A stretch of 64,000 nt of DNA from assembly GCA_036130055.1 (NCBI GenBank), contig JAYYOR010000013.1, positions 623-64,622 on the forward strand, written 5' to 3'. This DNA is from Pseudomonadota bacterium (GTDB lineage: Bacteria; Pseudomonadota; Gammaproteobacteria; Ga0077536). Below the pieces are notes generated by a model that saw only the letters and a program-made list of their open reading frames with translations, was not told the DNA's origin and searched no databases. Each line of letters starts with the position of its first letter. Within the stretch, counting starts at the first letter, position 1. Below are positions 31,655-41,556 of the stretch, piece by piece. Both the position numbers and the translations under genes were made by a program.

Positions 31655-32251
31655 TTGTTTACAGGTATTGTTAGTGCGGTGGGCTGCATCTCAAAAAAAT
31701 TAGCAGATGGTAATTCGATGAAATTAGAAATAACCTGTCCGAACTTTGATACAGGTGACATCGAATTAGGTGATTCAATTTCGGTTTCGGGTGCCTGCTT
31801 AACCGTTGTAGATAAAAGTCTAAATAGTTTTTCGGTCGACGTTTCAATAGAAACCTTAAACCAAACTACACTTGGCGAAAAAACCGAGGGTGCATATGTG
31901 AACCTAGAAAAATCAATGAAAGCGAATGACAGGTTTGGAGGTCATATTGTAACTGGACATGTCGACAATAAAGCAAAAGTTATCAAAAGAAGAAATTTAT
32001 CTAATTATGTATCTTTTCAAATTGAGCCTCCGAAAGAGTTTATGAAATATATTGCAAAAAAAGGCTCCGTCTGTATTGATGGTGTCAGCCTAACGGTAAA
32101 CGATACTTCGGACAATTTTTTTGAATTATTGCTTATACCCCACACCCTAAAAATAACTACACTCGGAGGATTAGAGGAGTCAAACTTAGTAAACCTGGAG
32201 ATCGATTTGATTGCAAGATACTTAGAGAAATTAACATATAGCAGGGATTAA
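31655..32251 (+). CDS. ribE: Riboflavin synthase alpha chain
   Basis: MFTGIV start (TTG), GDSISVSGACLT, VNLE, GGHIVTGH, KGSVCIDGVSLT, IPHT. Confidence 0.97.
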   Translation: MFTGIVSAVGCISKKLADGNSMKLEITCPNFDTGDIELGDSISVSGACLTVVDKSLNSFSVDVSIETLNQTTLGEKTEGAYVNLEKSMKANDRFGGHIVTGHVDNKAKVIKRRNLSNYVSFQIEPPKEFMKYIAKKGSVCIDGVSLTVNDTSDNFFELLLIPHTLKITTLGGLEESNLVNLEIDLIARYLEKLTYSRD

Positions 32252-32272
32252 TTGTATTCGGACTAATATATA

Positions 32273-33403
32273 ATGAAATTGAATTCTACCGAAGAACTTA
32301 TTGATGATATCAAAAAGGGCAAAATGATCATCGTTATGGACGATGAGGATAGAGAAAACGAGGGAGATTTTATAGTTGCCGCTGAATTCTGTAATGCGGA
32401 ACATGTGAACTTTATGGCCAAACACGGAAGAGGATTGATATGTTTAACCTTAACCGAAGAGAGATGCCAGCAACTGAATATACCTTTGATGGTAAGAAGT
32501 TCAATGGATGTTCATTCCACTAACTTTACTGTTTCGATAGAGGCATCGAGAGGTGTGACCACGGGCATATCAGCAGCAGATCGAGCGAAAACCATTGAAA
32601 CTGCTATTAAGGCGAATGCTAAACCCTCAGATTTAACACAGCCTGGCCATATTTTTCCTTTGATGGCTCAACCCGGAGGGGTGTTAACTCGAGCTGGCCA
32701 TACGGAGGCTGGTTGCGATTTTGCCAAATGTGCGAATTTAGAACCAGCAGCTGCTATAGTAGAAATACTTAATGATGATGGAACGATGGCACGTCGACCA
32801 GATTTAGAGAAGATTGCCCAAAAATTTAAGCTAAAAATAGGCACTATTGCCGACTTAATTAAATTTAGAGTAAAAAATGAACGTACGATTTCAAGGCTTG
32901 CATCACGTAAATTAGAAATCCGAGGCACTAAATTTGAGTTGATTACTTACACGGATTCTTTAAGTGAGGCGACACATTTTGCACTAACGAAAGGGAATGT
33001 CAATTCGAAAAATCCGGTCTATGTAAGGGTGCAAACGCAAAGCAAATTAGGCGATATTGGTCATTTGGTCGACAATAGTAGTCGAACTTATATTGATAAA
33101 ATAATGCAATTTATTTCAGAAAAAGATGCTGGCGTATTAGTTATGTTGGCAAATTATGGGAGAAATGGAGATATAATAAATTTATTAGAGGATAGTTCAA
33201 TAGAAAATTCCTCAAAATCGAGTGATAATTTGGTAATGAATTGGAGGCGGATTGGGACTGGTAGCCAGATACTGAGGGATTTGGGAGTCCAGAAAATGAA
33301 AGTCATTGGGCAAAAGCACAAATACCATGCAATATCAGGGTTTGGCTTAGAGGTAATAGAACATATACAGTTGAGTAAAATTAATGAAAACGAGTCAAGT
33401 TGA
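32273..33403 (+). CDS. ribB: DHBP synthase fused to a degenerate GTP cyclohydrolase II domain (RibBX type)
   Basis: [34 protein letters not shown]. The C-terminal GCH-II-like part (VRV..., [13 protein letters not shown]) lacks the zinc Cys ligands. Confidence 0.93.
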   Translation: MKLNSTEELIDDIKKGKMIIVMDDEDRENEGDFIVAAEFCNAEHVNFMAKHGRGLICLTLTEERCQQLNIPLMVRSSMDVHSTNFTVSIEASRGVTTGISAADRAKTIETAIKANAKPSDLTQPGHIFPLMAQPGGVLTRAGHTEAGCDFAKCANLEPAAAIVEILNDDGTMARRPDLEKIAQKFKLKIGTIADLIKFRVKNERTISRLASRKLEIRGTKFELITYTDSLSEATHFALTKGNVNSKNPVYVRVQTQSKLGDIGHLVDNSSRTYIDKIMQFISEKDAGVLVMLANYGRNGDIINLLEDSSIENSSKSSDNLVMNWRRIGTGSQILRDLGVQKMKVIGQKHKYHAISGFGLEVIEHIQLSKINENESS

Positions 33404-33857
33404 CCACATGTCATTTGATATAAGTCAGGAAATTAAGGTACAAATAGTTTGGTCTAGATATAATTACGATGTGGTTGATATCTTAAGAAGAAGTTGTATC
33501 GACAGTCTTCAAAAAATTGATGATACGGCTATTAAAATTGAGGAAAATGATGTGCCCGGAGCGTATGAAATACCAGTGCTGGCGAAAAACCTGATCCTGA
33601 GAAAGCAGCCTGATGTGATAATTGCATTAGGTGCGATTATAAGAGGTGAAACATTTCACTTTGAAATTGTTGCAAATAGCTGTTCTCATTGTTTGTCTTC
33701 CTTATCTATAAGTTATGGAATTCCGATAGTATTTGGTGTGCTTACTGTTGAAAATATGGACCAAGCGATTTATAGGGCTGATCCAGCTAGAGGAAATAAA
33801 GGTGGTGAGTCGGCGAAGACTGCTATCGAGATGGTTCAAAAAATAAGATCGTTTTGA
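33384..33857 (+). CDS. ribH: 6,7-dimethyl-8-ribityllumazine synthase
   Basis: VPGAYEIP, ALGAIIRGETFHFE, PIVFGVLT, QA..RA..NKG. Confidence 0.95.
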   Translation: MKTSQVDHMSFDISQEIKVQIVWSRYNYDVVDILRRSCIDSLQKIDDTAIKIEENDVPGAYEIPVLAKNLILRKQPDVIIALGAIIRGETFHFEIVANSCSHCLSSLSISYGIPIVFGVLTVENMDQAIYRADPARGNKGGESAKTAIEMVQKIRSF

Positions 33858-33858
33858 A

Positions 33859-34266
33859 GTGACTTCGGCTATTTTCAAGAAAGTTCTTTCTCGTAGATTA
33901 GCAGTTCAAGCCCTTTATCAATGGCAACTGAATGAACAACCAATTGAAACAGTTATTGAGGAGTTTAAAGGTACTAGTCTGTTCCGAAATATAGATCCAG
34001 AATATTTTATATATCTATTAACGAACATAGGTTCAAATTTTGATCAATTAAAAGAAATAGTTGATAAAGTAAGCGATCTTTCTTGGGAACAAATACAGCC
34101 TGTCGAGAAGGGAGTAATACTGATTGGTGCTTTAGAGCTTCGTTCTGGCTTATTAGATCCTAGTATCACAATAAACGAGTGTGTGGAGCTTTCCAAACAT
34201 TTTGGTTCTGAAGAAGGTTATAAGTTTATAAATGGCGTACTTGATTCTATAAAAATGGGGCTATAA
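33859..34266 (+). CDS. nusB: Transcription antitermination factor NusB
   Basis: RRLAVQALYQW, INECVELSKHFG..GYKFINGVLD; follows ribH. Confidence 0.95.
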   Translation: MTSAIFKKVLSRRLAVQALYQWQLNEQPIETVIEEFKGTSLFRNIDPEYFIYLLTNIGSNFDQLKEIVDKVSDLSWEQIQPVEKGVILIGALELRSGLLDPSITINECVELSKHFGSEEGYKFINGVLDSIKMGL

Positions 34267-34282
34267 GCCCGCATGAATATTT

Positions 34283-35245
34283 ATGATGAAAGAAAAAGAA
34301 ATAATAGACAAATTTTTTGTTTCCTTTCATGATTCAAAACTTCCCTCCGATATAAAAAAAGGGGTGGGAGACGATGCTGCCATTTTATCAGTTGGAAATG
34401 AAATGTTAGCTGTAAGTGTGGATACAGTGATAGAGGGTGTTCATTTCTATCCCGGAATTACTGCAGAGAATTTAGGTTTTCGTTCAGTTGCAGTCGCTTT
34501 GAGTGACATGGCCGCAATGTGTGCCGTTCCAAAGTACATTACTTTATCTTTATCGTTAGAAAAAGCCGAATTTTTTTGGATGGATGGTTTTTTGAGCGGG
34601 GTTAAAAGTTGTCTTAATCAATTTGACTGTTATTTAGTCGGGGGGGACACAGTCAAAGGCCCATTGTCGGTTAGTGTTCAAGTAATCGGAGTCTGCGAGT
34701 TAGAGCCTATTTATAGAAGCGGTGCTAAAGAAGGCGAATTGGTTGCAGTAACTGGCTTTTTTGGGTGCGCTAAAACCGCCCTCTCTTTTTTAAAAAAAGA
34801 AAAGCAGAAAACGTCAAATATAGAATATGTTCTAGATAAGTACCATAAGCCATCTCCGAGAATTAATGTAGCTAGTAGGCTCGGAGGTTATATTTCTTCG
34901 GCGATTGATATATCTGACGGGCTAATATCTGATATTGGTCACATAGCCCAGCAGAGTAATAAAAAAATAAATCTTTTTTTGGAAAAAATACCGATTGACC
35001 CTATAATTTTAAGATTGTTATCGAAAGAGGAGGCAGTTCGTAACGCCCTAACGGGGGGGGACGATTATGAGCTCGCTTTTACTTTTAATAGGAAAAATTT
35101 AGAGGATATTGAAAAAATCGGGAAAAAGTTTGGCATTCCGATAACAGTTATAGGCGCTGTTGAAAGCGGCCAAGGAGTGAACGTCTTAGATCAAAATGGA
35201 AACGCGCTTAACCATAGTTTTAAAGAAGGGTTTGATCATTTTTGA
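34283..35245 (+). CDS. thiL: Thiamine-monophosphate kinase
   Basis: GVGDDAA, EGVHF, LSDMAAM, GGDT, AIDISDGL, GGDDYEL. Confidence 0.96.
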   Translation: MMKEKEIIDKFFVSFHDSKLPSDIKKGVGDDAAILSVGNEMLAVSVDTVIEGVHFYPGITAENLGFRSVAVALSDMAAMCAVPKYITLSLSLEKAEFFWMDGFLSGVKSCLNQFDCYLVGGDTVKGPLSVSVQVIGVCELEPIYRSGAKEGELVAVTGFFGCAKTALSFLKKEKQKTSNIEYVLDKYHKPSPRINVASRLGGYISSAIDISDGLISDIGHIAQQSNKKINLFLEKIPIDPIILRLLSKEEAVRNALTGGDDYELAFTFNRKNLEDIEKIGKKFGIPITVIGAVESGQGVNVLDQNGNALNHSFKEGFDHF

Positions 35246-35259
35246 TAAAGGCTTTTAAA

Positions 35260-36033
35260 ATGAAAAAAATTTTTAGTCACGCAGGACAGTTTAAGCAAAA
35301 GATAGCGACTCAAGACCTGCTGTTTGGAACAAGGATTAGTCTAAATAGTCTAGCAACAACTGAGTCTTTGGGACTCTTGCCCTTCGACTGGTTTTTTATA
35401 GACATGGAACATACCGAAGTTCCTGAATCAAAATTGAGTACAATTTTGGTTACTTTACGAGATAAACCTTGCCTGGTTCGAATTGCAAAAAATGATGAAG
35501 TTTATATAAAAAGAGCACTGGACGCTGGAGCTGAAGGATTAATAATTCCGAAGGTGAGTAATTCTGTAGATGCGAAAAATGCGGTACGGTCTTCGAAGGT
35601 TTATCCGTTGGGTGACAGAGGTATTGGTCTTGCTCGAAGTAATGGCTTCGGTGATAATTTGGAGGCTTATTTAAAAAGCGCCAATTCGGACTTTTTGTTG
35701 ATTGCTCAAATAGAAGATAAGGACGGAGTTAAAAATATAGATTCTATACTTGATGTGGAGGGTATAGACGCTGTATTTGTCGGTCCCTATGATCTTTCCA
35801 TTAGTTTAGGTGTAGCTAATCAATTCGAAAGTACTGAATTTTTAGAATCAATTGAAGAGGTTATACGAAGTTGTAAAGAAAAAGAAAAGCCAATAGGAAT
35901 ATTTGAAACAAAAAAAAATAAAATTAATGATTTAATAAATAAAGGATTCACGTTTTTTTGTCTATCTAGCGACATTAGTTTTCTAATTACAGAAGCTAAA
36001 AATAATATTTTAGATATAAAAGGTAAGTTTTGA
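35260..36033 (+). CDS. HpcH/HpaI-family class II aldolase
   Basis: FDWFFIDMEH, LVRI, KRALDAGAEG, YPLGDRG, AQIE, VGPYDLS. Confidence 0.9.
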   Translation: MKKIFSHAGQFKQKIATQDLLFGTRISLNSLATTESLGLLPFDWFFIDMEHTEVPESKLSTILVTLRDKPCLVRIAKNDEVYIKRALDAGAEGLIIPKVSNSVDAKNAVRSSKVYPLGDRGIGLARSNGFGDNLEAYLKSANSDFLLIAQIEDKDGVKNIDSILDVEGIDAVFVGPYDLSISLGVANQFESTEFLESIEEVIRSCKEKEKPIGIFETKKNKINDLINKGFTFFCLSSDISFLITEAKNNILDIKGKF

Positions 36034-36034
36034 A

Positions 36035-36691
36035 ATGAGCCATTTTGAAAAATTAAAAAAAATTAGTAGTTCTTCTCTGGCTGATGCCGATAAAACAATT
36101 AGATGTTTGAATCACCATATTATGCGATATAACGGCGATGAAATTATGGTTGGAAAAGCCCGAGTAGTTAAGGTTCATAACGATTTTTTAGGTGTGTTGA
36201 CGGCTCTTGCCGATGCCAAATCTGGCGAGGTGCTGGTGGTTAATGCTTCGGCAACTTACGATGCTGTTCTCGGAGGCCTATTTTGTACCGAAGCCCAACG
36301 AAAGGGTTTGTCAGGTTTAGTTGTAGATGGTTTGATTCGAGATATAGATTACATTAAGACGCTTCAAATACCAGTCTATGCAAAGGGTTGTCGATCGTCA
36401 GCTGGTTCAACTAACGCTATTCCAGTAGAGCAAACTGAAATTTTTTGTGGAGGGGTACGTGTATCTACTGGAGATATTTTGGTAGGGGATGGCGATGGTG
36501 TTGTAGTTATTGATCCAAATGATTTAAACGAAACGGTTCGGATTGCTGCCGAGATTGAAAGAAAAGAAAGCATTATTTTAAAAAAGCTAAAGGCTGGAGT
36601 AACTTTGTCTAGTATGTTAAACCTCGAACAGCACCTAGAAGAATTAAAACAGGAAAGTGAGAGTTACTTGGGATTTGTCATTGATGAGTAA
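36035..36691 (+). CDS. RraA-family protein (HMG/CHA aldolase-like)
   Basis: GEVLVV, LGGL, GLVVDGLIRD, PVYA, GGVRVSTGDILVGDGDGVVVI. Confidence 0.88.
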   Translation: MSHFEKLKKISSSSLADADKTIRCLNHHIMRYNGDEIMVGKARVVKVHNDFLGVLTALADAKSGEVLVVNASATYDAVLGGLFCTEAQRKGLSGLVVDGLIRDIDYIKTLQIPVYAKGCRSSAGSTNAIPVEQTEIFCGGVRVSTGDILVGDGDGVVVIDPNDLNETVRIAAEIERKESIILKKLKAGVTLSSMLNLEQHLEELKQESESYLGFVIDE

Positions 36692-38276
36692 TAACTTGGA
36701 TTGTAAATTTACAGGCGCAGAGCTTTTACTGAAAAGTCTCGAGAAAGAAGGAATAGATACCTTTTTTGCAAATCCAGGCACCTCAGAAATGCACCTAGTG
36801 ACAGCTATTGGCCGATCTTCGAAGACCCGGCCAATTTTATGTTTATTCGAGGGGGTTGTGACTGCAGCAGCTGATGGTTTTTGGAGAATGAGAGCCAATC
36901 CGGCTGCTACCTTGCTCCATCTTGGCCCCGGTTACGCAAATGGGATGGCTAATTTACATAATGCAAAAAAAGCTTTTTCTGCAATGGTAAATATAATCGG
37001 TGATCATGCAGAATGGCATCTTCAGTTTGATGCCCCTCTTACATCAGACTTAGAGGGTCATGTTAAACTGCATTCAGATTGGTTTAATAAGTCAGTTAGT
37101 GCAACAAATTTAGGTGAATTGGGAACGCTTTCGTGTTCGGAGGCTAAAAGAGGTTGGGGGAAGATTGCGTCGATAATAGTTCCGGCCAATCACTCTTGGG
37201 AAACTGGACAAGAAAGGGAGCGAAAGGTTATCCCAAATACGGATCAAAACTTGGTGAGTAGCTCATCAATAAAGAGTATTGCAGAGACTTTGAGTGTTAG
37301 AAAAAAAAGAGCGTTTTTATTAGGTAATCGGGGTCTTACTCGTGATTCAGTAAAATACGCAAATTCAATAGCAAAGAAATGTGAAGCTGATTTGTTATGC
37401 GAAACTTTTTTTCCGAGAGTTTATCGAGGAGCTGGCCAAATAGAAATTGCCAGAATTCCCTATTTTGCTGAGTTAGCGGTTAAATTTCTTGCCGACTATG
37501 AAGAAATTTTTTTAGTTGGTGCTAAGGAGCCAGTTGGTTTTTTCGCATACCCAGATATTCCGAGCAAACTCTCGCCATCGGGTTGTTCTGTAGTAAAAAT
37601 AGCAGTTAAAGACGAAAATGTTGAGCAGTCTTTAATTGATCTTTGTGATGAGTTAGATATAAGTAATTTTTCTTCGGTTATTAAGGCAGAAAAAGTTGTG
37701 CAGACGACTAGTTTAACTCTTGATGAAATTAGTGTTTCAAATGTTATTTCTAGGCTACTACCTGAAAATTCTATAATTTCTGACGAAGGGATCACCTGTA
37801 GTGCGGAACTCTACAAGCAAACGAACAATGCAGCTCCTCACGATTGGCTTTGTTTGACAGGTGGTTCTATTGGACAGGGGCTCCCTTTAGGGTTTGGCGC
37901 ATCAATCGCCTGTCCGGATAGAAAAGTCGTAACTTTTCAAGCGGATGGTAGTGCTATGTATACAGTTCAGACATTATGGAGTATGGCCCGCGAAAATACA
38001 GATGTCACAGTAATACTACTAAACAATAGTAGTTATGCTATTTTGAATATTGAGCTAGATCGATTAAAAACTGGAGAGCGTAACGACAAAATACTTTCTA
38101 TGCTAAATATTGGTAATCCGACTATAAATTGGGTCGAAATATCAAAGGGTTTAGGAGTTGAGGCCTCTAGGGCAAGCAGCGTCAAACAATTTTCTGAACA
38201 ATTTTATAGCGCTATGAACCAATCCGGGCCCCGTCTTATTGAAGTAATTATGGAGAGTAGACCTAGCATTAGATAG
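36684..38276 (+). CDS. ThDP-dependent enzyme, acetolactate synthase large subunit-like (substrate unknown)
   Basis: FANPGTSEMH, LFEGVVTAAADG, LLHLGPG, HNA, GGSIGQG; ThDP motif ADGSAMY...NN. Confidence 0.9.
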   Translation: MSNNLDCKFTGAELLLKSLEKEGIDTFFANPGTSEMHLVTAIGRSSKTRPILCLFEGVVTAAADGFWRMRANPAATLLHLGPGYANGMANLHNAKKAFSAMVNIIGDHAEWHLQFDAPLTSDLEGHVKLHSDWFNKSVSATNLGELGTLSCSEAKRGWGKIASIIVPANHSWETGQERERKVIPNTDQNLVSSSSIKSIAETLSVRKKRAFLLGNRGLTRDSVKYANSIAKKCEADLLCETFFPRVYRGAGQIEIARIPYFAELAVKFLADYEEIFLVGAKEPVGFFAYPDIPSKLSPSGCSVVKIAVKDENVEQSLIDLCDELDISNFSSVIKAEKVVQTTSLTLDEISVSNVISRLLPENSIISDEGITCSAELYKQTNNAAPHDWLCLTGGSIGQGLPLGFGASIACPDRKVVTFQADGSAMYTVQTLWSMARENTDVTVILLNNSSYAILNIELDRLKTGERNDKILSMLNIGNPTINWVEISKGLGVEASRASSVKQFSEQFYSAMNQSGPRLIEVIMESRPSIR

Positions 38277-38290
38277 TAGAGACAATTAGC

Positions 38291-38950
38291 CTAATTAATG
38301 AGTAAGGTCTTGAGTATTGAAGTGTGAAGTAATTCACAACTTTTCGACTGTGAATCTGATGGGATAGGAATTGGGATGACGAAAGCCAACAGTTGAGATT
38401 TTCCCTTTGTTGTTACTGAGTCGCGATTGAAAACTAATTTTTTAGATACACTCCACACCTCAGCTTCAACACGTGTCTCATCCTCTTGGGCCGTGTACCC
38501 AAAACACCCTCCGCCATATAACCCTAGGGAACAGGACATTGCACCAACCTTATCAGAGTAATCGGTTTTTTCGGATAACCATATTAAGTAGTCGACATCG
38601 GCTTGCTTTATTCGTTTTATAAATCTTTCATCGTTTAAGATAGTGATTGAGGGCTCGATGTTTTTGGTAGCTTCGTCAGCCTCGAAAAAAGGAAACATAT
38701 CATTTCGAAACATCATCTCATCAATCACAACTATATTGTTTCCGCTATTAAATTTTTTTGATAGACAATTTATTACGAAATTTGAATCATTATTAAAGAT
38801 TCCCATCGCCGTTTTTTTTAATAAAACTATCCTAATAGGATTGGAATCTATTTTCGGATTGGCAATAGCTTTTTCGTAATTGGGGTTGCCAGCACAACCT
38901 GTTATAAATATCACAACACTTAGAATAACGTATAATTTATTTTCTGCCAT
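38291..38950 (-). CDS. Uncharacterised lipoprotein
   Basis: Hydrophobic signal ending in lipobox ITG-C; internal SCSLGLYGGGCFG and C-terminal VIPIPIP motifs. Confidence 0.75.
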   Translation of the reverse strand: MAENKLYVILSVVIFITGCAGNPNYEKAIANPKIDSNPIRIVLLKKTAMGIFNNDSNFVINCLSKKFNSGNNIVVIDEMMFRNDMFPFFEADEATKNIEPSITILNDERFIKRIKQADVDYLIWLSEKTDYSDKVGAMSCSLGLYGGGCFGYTAQEDETRVEAEVWSVSKKLVFNRDSVTTKGKSQLLAFVIPIPIPSDSQSKSCELLHTSILKTLLIN

Positions 38951-39485
38951 AATAGCTTAATATACTTATTTCTAATTTTGAGGCAACTTTTCTAGTGCAA
39001 CTTGATATAAGCTTTGAAAGCACTGATCGTTGGTATCCAGAGGGCTTAGCTATTCTAGTGTAGACAGAAAAACTTGAATTTTTGATATCATCTAAATTTT
39101 GCATTAAAACCATATATTGAATTCGGCATTCATAATAGTTTAATCCAGTTTCTTCAGGTCTCGATATTTCGAATTTTATTAGTTTCGGTGTTAATGTTGT
39201 CTTAAACTGATTCGAGGGTTTTTCTAAATATACTTTAGAGAAAATTTTTTTTGTTACTTTTAAAATTATTTCTGTTTGTAATAAACCGATGGGGATCGTC
39301 AGAGGCGGATTATACGGGTGATTATATAATTGGTTTTTGAATTTTGTAGATAAATCTAGAAATATCCGTCGATCGATTTTATCAATTGGTTGGTGAGGTA
39401 ATGCTAGACTTATTGTAAGTGGTTCATTTTTACAGCTTATTGTTTGTATTAAAACCAGAATAACCAAAAATTTTTTTTTCTTCAT
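38937..39485 (-). CDS. Uncharacterised lipoprotein
   Basis: MKKKKFLVILVLIQTIS-C basic/hydrophobic signal with Cys. ATG at 39485 is preferred over the track start at 39533. Confidence 0.68.
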   Translation of the reverse strand: MKKKKFLVILVLIQTISCKNEPLTISLALPHQPIDKIDRRIFLDLSTKFKNQLYNHPYNPPLTIPIGLLQTEIILKVTKKIFSKVYLEKPSNQFKTTLTPKLIKFEISRPEETGLNYYECRIQYMVLMQNLDDIKNSSFSVYTRIAKPSGYQRSVLSKLISSCTRKVASKLEISILSYYGRK

Positions 39486-39495
39486 CAATTGTGAG

Positions 39496-40482
39496 TCAGC
39501 GAAACGAGTTAAGTCCAATGAAAGTACCACCATTTTGCTTACATAGTTTACGCATCAAAGAGGCGAATTTGATACCTGTGTGCTGAAAGTCCGTGGGCTG
39601 AGCTCTCATTACGGGAAAGCCTATCGCATGTATTCTCACAAGTGGTTCATTCACATTATTTTTACGATTAATCTTTGTAACATAGTCAACAACTTCTTTT
39701 ATCGACTTGCCAGTAAATTCGTCCCCGTAAACATATAGGCTTATTTTTCTGTTAGGCTTATAGAATGCCTCGATTGCTGTTGTTATCCCTTCTGCGGGAC
39801 TTGAATTAGAAAATACATTCCAGCCTTTTAATTTTTTTATAATTTGTCTTCTTATCTCTGGTGTATCTGAAATCCATTTATCTTGATACTCTGCGAACAT
39901 ATAAGATCCCATATCATTAAGAATTTGAACCCCTTTAACCTTGGGGTATACCATTAGGGTTTCTTCTAATTGTTTTATCACTTTAGGCCAGGCGTAGCGA
40001 AACATGCTCCCCGATGTGTCAATAATAAAAATGATATATTCGCTATCAATGGGAACCCCAGCTATGACGCTCTGATTACTAGCCTTTTTTCTTCTATATA
40101 GTCTCTGCATTTCGGCCGTAATCGTTTGTAAAGCAAGTTTTAATTTTGTTTCTTCTAATTGGCTAGTTTTTGCCTCTAAATACAATTGTTTATTTTGTAG
40201 TAGTTTTGTTTTTGTTTTCTCTAATTCGTTTTCAATTTGTCCTGCTTTTATAATGAGGTTTGAATTTCGTAACTGTTTATTTTCTAGCATTTCTTGGTAA
40301 ATGAACAACCGCTCTTGAAGATTAGAAATTTCATTTATTCTATTGTCATTTAAGTCTTCCTCAATAGATGACGGTATGCTCTTTGAAATAATTAATAATA
40401 AGATAATTGAACCAAAACCGCATGTAATAACGGACAAAAACGCCATACTGTTTGACCGATTCTCACTCCTTCGAAGCTTCAT
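39496..40482 (-). CDS. Single-pass membrane protein with coiled coil and vWA domain (paralog B)
   Basis: TM FLSVITCGFGSIILLLII, coiled coil, MIDAS FIIDTSGSM, YGDEF, IHAIGFP, ..NGGTFIGL. Confidence 0.88.
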   Translation of the reverse strand: MKLRRSENRSNSMAFLSVITCGFGSIILLLIISKSIPSSIEEDLNDNRINEISNLQERLFIYQEMLENKQLRNSNLIIKAGQIENELEKTKTKLLQNKQLYLEAKTSQLEETKLKLALQTITAEMQRLYRRKKASNQSVIAGVPIDSEYIIFIIDTSGSMFRYAWPKVIKQLEETLMVYPKVKGVQILNDMGSYMFAEYQDKWISDTPEIRRQIIKKLKGWNVFSNSSPAEGITTAIEAFYKPNRKISLYVYGDEFTGKSIKEVVDYVTKINRKNNVNEPLVRIHAIGFPVMRAQPTDFQHTGIKFASLMRKLCKQNGGTFIGLNSFR

Positions 40483-41552
40483 GGCCAGTCTCCTGATGGG
40501 CTAAGAAAGGATCCGTTTGTAACAGATGCAATTCCCCAGTACGCCCATGCTGCCAAGGGGTCGCCCTCCATTGGCAGAAGAATAACGTTTATAGGTATTT
40601 CTTTTGATAGAATCCCGGTGGCTTCTTCAAATAATTTTAAACGTGTTTTGCCATCTACATTAAGCCCACCGGTCTGCGTTCTGCCGAGGGTTGGCAAGCC
40701 ATCTGTGATTAGGAAAACGTTATCTGGTAATGGCTGAAGTGCATTTAAAGCCGTAAAAGCTTTATATAAATTCGTACCCCCCTCTGGCCGTAGTCTTTTA
40801 GTTTGTTGAATTGCTTCCTCTAGTTTTTCAGTGTCACTTGTACGTTGCCATGCTGGTTTTTTTCCTGAAAGTGATCGGCAATTTTCATTAAAAATTAAAA
40901 TTTGATATTTGCTCGCAAAAGGGAATCGAGCACTTATCCATTCAACAGTCGAAATAGCTTGCTGCCATTTTCGTGAGTTAACTCTTTTTCTTCCATCGAT
41001 GTTTCTTCTTCTTAAAATATTTACTATTTTTTTATCAAGCATACTAGCAGATATATCTAAAAGAATAAGTATGTTGTTTCCGCCAGATTTAATACCAGAT
41101 AGATATTCTCGGTTTCCTTGTCCAATAAACTTTAAGTTATCCTTGGCCTTATTTTTTTTCGTATTTTCGAGGGTTTGTTGCGCTTTTTCTGCTTTTTTTA
41201 TCTCGAATCTTAAAGTATCAAGCCCACGAATACGATTGTCGTCCCAATTTTTAATGAGTTGAACTCTTTCTGAAAGTTCAACTTTTTTTGTTGACAGGGA
41301 TTGTTGAGCTAACATTATTCTTTCCTTGAGGGCCTCGTTTTCTTTTTCGCGTGTTTCTATTTGTTTCAGAATATTAAGGTTTTGATTTTCAAGGCTTGCT
41401 ATTTCCTTATCCAAGTAGTCCTCTGGTAGTTCTGCCACAGCATCGAAATTATGCTTAATTATCAGAAAAAGTAAGATAAATGCTCCGAAACCGCATGACA
41501 TTATGTCTAGGAACGCGAGGCTTATTTCAGGAGATTGGGATTTATTTTTCAA
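40479..41552 (-). CDS. Single-pass membrane protein with coiled coil and vWA domain (paralog A)
   Basis: TM FLDIMSCGFGAFILLFLII, coiled coil, MIDAS LILLDISASM, GGTNL, LITDGLP, ..TNGSF; TTG start. Confidence 0.88.
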   Translation of the reverse strand: MKNKSQSPEISLAFLDIMSCGFGAFILLFLIIKHNFDAVAELPEDYLDKEIASLENQNLNILKQIETREKENEALKERIMLAQQSLSTKKVELSERVQLIKNWDDNRIRGLDTLRFEIKKAEKAQQTLENTKKNKAKDNLKFIGQGNREYLSGIKSGGNNILILLDISASMLDKKIVNILRRRNIDGRKRVNSRKWQQAISTVEWISARFPFASKYQILIFNENCRSLSGKKPAWQRTSDTEKLEEAIQQTKRLRPEGGTNLYKAFTALNALQPLPDNVFLITDGLPTLGRTQTGGLNVDGKTRLKLFEEATGILSKEIPINVILLPMEGDPLAAWAYWGIASVTNGSFLSPSGDWP

Positions 41553-41556
41553 GTTT

